Assembly (NCBI GenBank): GCA_963813715.1
Contig: CAWFAK010000017.1
Span: 1,088,001 to 1,152,000, forward strand
Direction: 5' to 3'
DNA from: an uncultured Planctomycetaceae bacterium
Lineage (GTDB): Bacteria; Planctomycetota; Planctomycetia; Planctomycetales; Planctomycetaceae
Length of the DNA: 64,000 bases
Position 1 is the stretch's first letter. Every line of letters starts with the position of its first letter. A program made the position numbers and the translations under genes. Below are positions 63,444 through 64,000 of the stretch, piece after piece. The notes beneath the pieces are model-generated. The model saw only the letters and a program-made list of their open reading frames with translations, made no database searches and was not told the DNA's origin.

Positions 63444-64000
63444 AACTCCGCTGGCCGCGTTTCGGCCTGCCGCTCCTGTCGCGCGAGTTGGCCGAGCAGT
63501 CCGCCCACGCCCGGCATTACGCGCTGCGCTGTCTGTGCGCCATCGTGATCTTCGGCATTGGCTTCGTCGCCATCCGAGACGTACTCGTCTCGGACGAGTT
63601 TTCCGGACAGATGCTGCTCGGCCGCGGGATCGTGCTGGTCGATTGGGTCACCAGTGCGCAGGCCTTTTTGATCCTGCTCTTTCTGCCGGCCATGACCTGC
63701 GGCGCCATCGCGGGCGAAAAAGAACGCAACACCCTCGCGATCCTGCTGACCACGAGGCTCGGCCCGCTGACGATCATCCTCGAAAAACTGGCCAGCCGGC
63801 TGGTCGTCATTTTCATGCTGCTTTTGCTGTCGCTGCCGCTGTTCGCCGTCGCCTATTCGATGGGCGGCATCGGTCTGCCCGACTTGCTCAGCCGCGTGAC
63901 GTGGCTGGTCGAACTGAGTCTCTTCGTGGCGTCACTCTCGCTCATGTGTTCGGCGTGGTGCGGCAGCACAGTCTCGGCCTTTTTCATGTCCTACTTCGTC
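63440..64000 (+). CDS. ABC-2 type permease (3' truncated by window)
   Basis: ATGA-coupled start MKLRWPRFGLPLLSREL; LPAMTCGAIAGEKERNTLAILLTTRL..IILEKL motif. Confidence 0.8.
   Translation, partial: MKLRWPRFGLPLLSRELAEQSAHARHYALRCLCAIVIFGIGFVAIRDVLVSDEFSGQMLLGRGIVLVDWVTSAQAFLILLFLPAMTCGAIAGEKERNTLAILLTTRLGPLTIILEKLASRLVVIFMLLLLSLPLFAVAYSMGGIGLPDLLSRVTWLVELSLFVASLSLMCSAWCGSTVSAFFMSYFV

Overview
GC-rich bacterial DNA, very probably from a planctomycete: it has two Tat-exported DUF1501 genes, a DUF1549/DUF1553 gene, a planctomycete cytochrome c-WD40 gene and a MoxR/VWA/DUF58/BatA operon. About 51 genes can be read, including housekeeping loci (rsfS, argS, purM, mobA, hisI, hisG, ubiE/menG, ubiX, nadK). 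Many genes, including the essential argS and also purM, are broken by single-base indels that are most dense after 47 kb. I read these as long-read assembly errors, not pseudogenes. I saw no rRNA, tRNA, CRISPR array or transposase. Most interesting: (1) An apparently uncharacterised two-part amine/aminolipid pathway. One part (34.3-40.4 kb) is an ACP, an adenylating ligase, a PigE-like acyl-thioester reductase/class III aminotransferase fusion and a FemAB-like GNAT. The other (16.4-19.9 kb) is a stand-alone DUF2156 aminoacyl-tRNA transferase, a paralogous GNAT and a SAM methyltransferase. (2) The leader of that second cassette is duplicated in tandem (about 447 bp period). The two diverged copies show compensatory base changes in a stem that hides the ribosome binding site, making it a candidate new cis-regulatory RNA. 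(3) A translationally coupled operon of more than 16 kb joins an Fe3+-type ABC importer, possibly with an ATPase-NHL fusion, to a MoxR-VWA chaperone module. All family calls come from motif recognition by eye; no database searches were run.
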